Source: Oscillospiraceae bacterium
GTDB lineage: Bacteria; Bacillota; Clostridia; Oscillospirales; CAG-272
DNA: 64,000 nt
Assembly: GCA_015063385.1 (NCBI GenBank)
Contig: SVUG01000001.1
Span: forward strand, 74,201-138,200
Direction of reading: 5' to 3'
How positions within the stretch are numbered: position 1 is the stretch's first letter; every line of letters begins with the position of its first letter. Under the pieces are notes generated by a model that did not search any database, was not told the origin of the DNA, and saw only the letters and a list, made by a program, of their open reading frames with translations. Below are positions 60,787 through 64,000 of this stretch, piece by piece. The position numbers and the translations under genes are program-made.

Positions 60787-61845
60787 ATGCGAAATCTTGT
60801 GAACATTCTTGACTTATCAATAGAGGAAATTAACGAGCTTGTAATGACGGCAGAGGATATAATGGAGAATCCCGAGATGTATGCCGACAGCGCTCGCGGC
60901 AAAATACTTGCTACGCTCTTTTTCGAGCCGTCAACCAGAACGCGCCTTTCCTTTACCTCGGCGATGATGGGGCTCGGCGGTCAGGTGCTCGGCTTTGACC
61001 AGGCGGGCAGCTCCTCTGCCGCAAAGGGCGAGTCACTCTCGGATACCATAAGAATGGTCAGCGCCTATGCCGATATTATCGCTATGCGTCACCCCAAGGA
61101 GGGCGCGCCTATCGTGGCGTCCAGAGTTGCTGACGTTCCCGTGATAAATGCAGGTGACGGTGGCCACTTCCACCCTACACAGACGCTCACCGACCTTATA
61201 ACCATTCACAAGAAAAAGGGAAGATTTGACAATCTTATTATCGGTGTATGCGGCGACCTCAAGTACGGAAGAACGGTACATTCGCTTATCGCGGCCATGT
61301 CGAGATACGAGAACGTCAAGTTCGTGCTTATTTCTCCCGAGGAGCTGAAGCTTCCCGATTACGTTAAGGACGAGCATCTCTTCACGGGCGGCTGTGAGTA
61401 CGTTGAAACCGAAAATCTTGAAAGCGCAATTCCCTCGCTTGACATTCTCTATATGACGAGAATACAGGCAGAGCGCTTTGAGTCGCGTGAGGAATACGAA
61501 AGGCTTAAGGATTCCTACGAGCTTACCGCAAGCAAGCTTGTAATGGCAAAAGAGGACCTCTCGATAATGCATCCGCTTCCCAGAGTAAGCGAAATCAACG
61601 TTGACGTTGACGACGATCCGAGGGCAGATTACTTTGACCAGGCTATGTACGGCAGATATATAAGAATGGCGCTCATTCTTATGCTCCTTAAAACCAAGGG
61701 AATCGACGACCGCCGTACGAACGGTATCGAGTCCAAGAGCCTCGTCTGCAAGAATCCTCATTGTATAACGCTCACCGAGCGTGGAGTGAAAAAGCTCTTT
61801 AACGAAGAGGGCAACTGCATATATTGCGACCAGTCGGCTGAATAA
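60787..61845 (+). CDS. pyrB: Aspartate carbamoyltransferase catalytic chain with a C-terminal PyrI-like zinc domain
   Basis: It has the PyrB motifs STRTR, HPTQ and HPLPR. The extra ~50 aa tail, [10 protein letters not shown]...NCIYCD, resembles the 4-Cys Zn domain of PyrI. Confidence 0.9.
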   Translation: MRNLVNILDLSIEEINELVMTAEDIMENPEMYADSARGKILATLFFEPSTRTRLSFTSAMMGLGGQVLGFDQAGSSSAAKGESLSDTIRMVSAYADIIAMRHPKEGAPIVASRVADVPVINAGDGGHFHPTQTLTDLITIHKKKGRFDNLIIGVCGDLKYGRTVHSLIAAMSRYENVKFVLISPEELKLPDYVKDEHLFTGGCEYVETENLESAIPSLDILYMTRIQAERFESREEYERLKDSYELTASKLVMAKEDLSIMHPLPRVSEINVDVDDDPRADYFDQAMYGRYIRMALILMLLKTKGIDDRRTNGIESKSLVCKNPHCITLTERGVKKLFNEEGNCIYCDQSAE

Positions 61846-61850
61846 TAAAA

Positions 61851-61876
61851 AAGACGGACTTTGAAAGTCCGTCTTT
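61851..61876. terminator. Bidirectional intrinsic terminator (pyrB / asnA convergent)
   Basis: AAGACGGACTTT, GA loop, AAAGTCCGTCTT, flanked by A- and T-runs. Confidence 0.85.
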
Positions 61877-61880
61877 TTAT

Positions 61881-62888
61881 TTAAAGTAATTTTATTCCTG
61901 CCTTTTTACAGCCCTCGATGGTGTCCTTGTCCCATATGCTTGACTGAACCTCGCCGATGTGAGCCGAGCCCATCATAAGCATACAGAGTCTTGACTGACC
62001 GATACCGCCGCCGATAGTCAGCGGAAGCTCGCCTGCAAGAAGAGCCTTGTGGAAGGGGAGAGTGCGTCTATCCTCGCAGCCACGCTCGGCAAGTTGCCTT
62101 TCGAGCGACTCCTCGTCAACCCTGATACCCATTGAGGAAATCTCGAACGCGTGGCCGAGCACCTCGTTGTAGAAGAGAATATCGCCGTTGAGCGCCCAGT
62201 CGTCGTAGTCGGGAGCTCTGCCGTCGTGGGGCTCGCCGTTCTTCAGCTTACCGCCAATCTGCATAAGCAACACTGTGCCGTGCTTTTTGGTAATTTCGTC
62301 CTCACGCTCCTTGGCGGAGAGGTCTGGGTACATCTCAAGCAGCTCCTCGGTTGTAATTGCAAAGAGCTTTCTTTCAAGCTTAACCGCAAGCTCGGGGAAA
62401 TCAACTCGCAAGAGGTCGTTCGTGTCACAGATAACGTTGACGATTTTTTGAGCCGTTTCAATGAGGTAATCAAGAGTTCGCTCCTCTCTTGTGATAACCT
62501 TTTCCCAGTCCCACTGGTCAACGTATATCGAGTGAATGTTGTCAAGGTCCTCGTCACGTCTTATCGCGTTCATATCGGTGTAAAGACCGTTGCCAACGTA
62601 GAAGTGATATTCCTTAAGGGCAAGTCTTTTCCATTTAGCGAGCGAGTGAACGACCTGACCGCACTCACCGACAGCGGGAATATCAAAGCTGACGGGACGC
62701 TCAAAGCCGTTGAGGTTGTCGTTAAGACCCGAGCCCTCGGTGACGAAAAGCGGTGCAGATACACGCTTGAGGTTAAGTGCCGATGCAAGTCGTGCCTGGA
62801 AGGTCTGCTTTATGAATGAAATTGCCTTTTGCGTCTTGTAGACGTCAAGAGGAGAGGAATAGTTTTCGGGAATAAAGAGCTTACTCAT
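61881..62888 (-). CDS. asnA: Aspartate--ammonia ligase (asparagine synthetase A)
   Basis: 335 aa. The N-terminus ...TQKAISFIKQTFQ..LA..LNL.RVSAPLFV and class II aaRS-like core are typical of AsnA. Confidence 0.92.
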   Translation of the reverse strand: MSKLFIPENYSSPLDVYKTQKAISFIKQTFQARLASALNLKRVSAPLFVTEGSGLNDNLNGFERPVSFDIPAVGECGQVVHSLAKWKRLALKEYHFYVGNGLYTDMNAIRRDEDLDNIHSIYVDQWDWEKVITREERTLDYLIETAQKIVNVICDTNDLLRVDFPELAVKLERKLFAITTEELLEMYPDLSAKEREDEITKKHGTVLLMQIGGKLKNGEPHDGRAPDYDDWALNGDILFYNEVLGHAFEISSMGIRVDEESLERQLAERGCEDRRTLPFHKALLAGELPLTIGGGIGQSRLCMLMMGSAHIGEVQSSIWDKDTIEGCKKAGIKLL

Positions 62889-62910
62889 AGCTGCTCCTTG
62901 TTTTTATAAA

Positions 62911-64000
62911 TTATTTTACCGCCGTGCTTCTGAGCATTACGTCGTGATAACCGCCCTCAACGATACTCGTTGCTGAAACGAGAGTGAGTCTTGCCTTTTC
63001 CTGAAGCTCAGGGATAGTTATTGCACCGCAGTTGCACATAGTGGATTTTACCTTGTAGAGCGATTTTTCAACGTTGTCGTGCAGAGGACCTGCATAGGTG
63101 ACGTAGGAGTCAACTCCCTCCTCAAAGGTGAGCTTTGCCTTACCGCCAAGGTCGTATCTCTGCCAGTTTCTCGCTCTGTTAGAGCCCTCGCCCCAATACT
63201 CCTTAACGTACTGACCGTTTACCATAGTCTTGGGTGTAGGAGATTCGTCAAATCTTGCAAAATATCTGCCGAGCATCATAAAGTCTGCACCCATAGCAAG
63301 TGCAAGAGTCATATGATAATCGTGTACGATACCGCCGTCGGAGCAAATCGGAATATATACGCCTGTTTCCTTGTAGTATTCGTCACGAGCCGCAGCAACC
63401 TCAATTACCGCACTCGCCTGTCCACGACCGATACCCTTGGTCTCACGGGTAATACAGATAGAGCCGCCGCCGATACCGATTTTGATAAAGTCAGCGCCTG
63501 CTTCTGCAAGGAAGCGGAAGCCGTCACGGTCAACGATATTACCTGCGCCGATTTTAACGCTGTCACCGTACTTCTCACGAACGAAGTCAATGGTACGCTT
63601 CTGCCAAATTGTGTAGCCCTCGGAGGAGTCGATACAAAGCACGTCCGCACCCGCCTCGATAAGAGCAGGGATTCTTTGCTCGTAGTCACGAGTGTTAATA
63701 CCAGCGCCTACAACGTAGCTCTTGTTTTTATCAAGAAGCTCCTGGGGATTTTCCTTGTGCTGCGCGTAGTCCTTGCGGAATACGAAGTACTTGAGATTTC
63801 CGGACTTGTCAACTATCGGGAGAGAGTTGAGCTTGTGGTTCCATATAATATCGTTTGCTTCCTTAAGCGTAGTACCCTCGGGAGCAGTGACAAGCTTTGC
63901 GAGAGGAGTCATAAAGGAGGACACCTTCTCGTCGGTGCTCATACGTGAAATTCTGTAATCTCTGCCGGTGACGATACCGAGCAGCTTGCCGTTAGCCGTG
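62911..64000 (-). CDS. guaB: IMP dehydrogenase family protein, partial (N-terminus beyond the window)
   Basis: The frame stays open to the window edge (…[25 protein letters not shown] = CBS region). The TIM-barrel has the catalytic-Cys loop [13 protein letters not shown]. It could be a GuaB paralog rather than the canonical enzyme. Confidence 0.75.
   Translation of the reverse strand, partial: TANGKLLGIVTGRDYRISRMSTDEKVSSFMTPLAKLVTAPEGTTLKEANDIIWNHKLNSLPIVDKSGNLKYFVFRKDYAQHKENPQELLDKNKSYVVGAGINTRDYEQRIPALIEAGADVLCIDSSEGYTIWQKRTIDFVREKYGDSVKIGAGNIVDRDGFRFLAEAGADFIKIGIGGGSICITRETKGIGRGQASAVIEVAAARDEYYKETGVYIPICSDGGIVHDYHMTLALAMGADFMMLGRYFARFDESPTPKTMVNGQYVKEYWGEGSNRARNWQRYDLGGKAKLTFEEGVDSYVTYAGPLHDNVEKSLYKVKSTMCNCGAITIPELQEKARLTLVSATSIVEGGYHDVMLRSTAVK

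Overview
This 64-kb window reads as an origin-proximal, mostly housekeeping chromosome segment of a low/medium-GC Firmicute, probably a Clostridia (Oscillospiraceae/Ruminococcaceae-like) genome; that taxon is inferred from gene content only. About 54 protein genes are tightly packed. In order they are: dnaN(3' end)-recF-remB-like-gyrB-gyrA; an XRE-type regulator; RNase J with a translationally coupled Sfp-type PPTase; a parA / parB / DUF4186 locus with three perfect parS sites; the hrcA-grpE-dnaK-dnaJ operon with a CIRCE operator; rny-ymdB; mnmG; tcdA; maf-nth-Toprim; and trpS. Next come a GldA/GldF/GldG-like ABC-2 cluster with two tandem GldG paralogs and a 969-aa anchored protein, and two extracytoplasmic trigger-factor-like proteins flanking rnhA. 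The rest is a Sel1-repeat protein, nrdD with NrdR boxes, cysK, degV, a MATE pump, a MacB-like ABC fusion, a pyrimidine operon (pyrC-carB-pyrK-pyrD-pyrF-small membrane ORF-pyrE-pyrB), asnA and a partial IMPDH-family gene. I found no tRNA/rRNA genes, CRISPR arrays, transposases, integrases, phage genes or recognisable defence systems. The least-understood part is 29.6-42.2 kb (the Gld-like ABC system plus the membrane-tethered trigger-factor-like paralogs). Smaller oddities are a PyrB carrying only the Zn domain of PyrI, a two-TM ORF translationally coupled inside the pyr operon, carB without carA, an unannotated 55-aa sORF and the triple parS array. All functional calls rest on motif recognition by eye. 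No database search was run.
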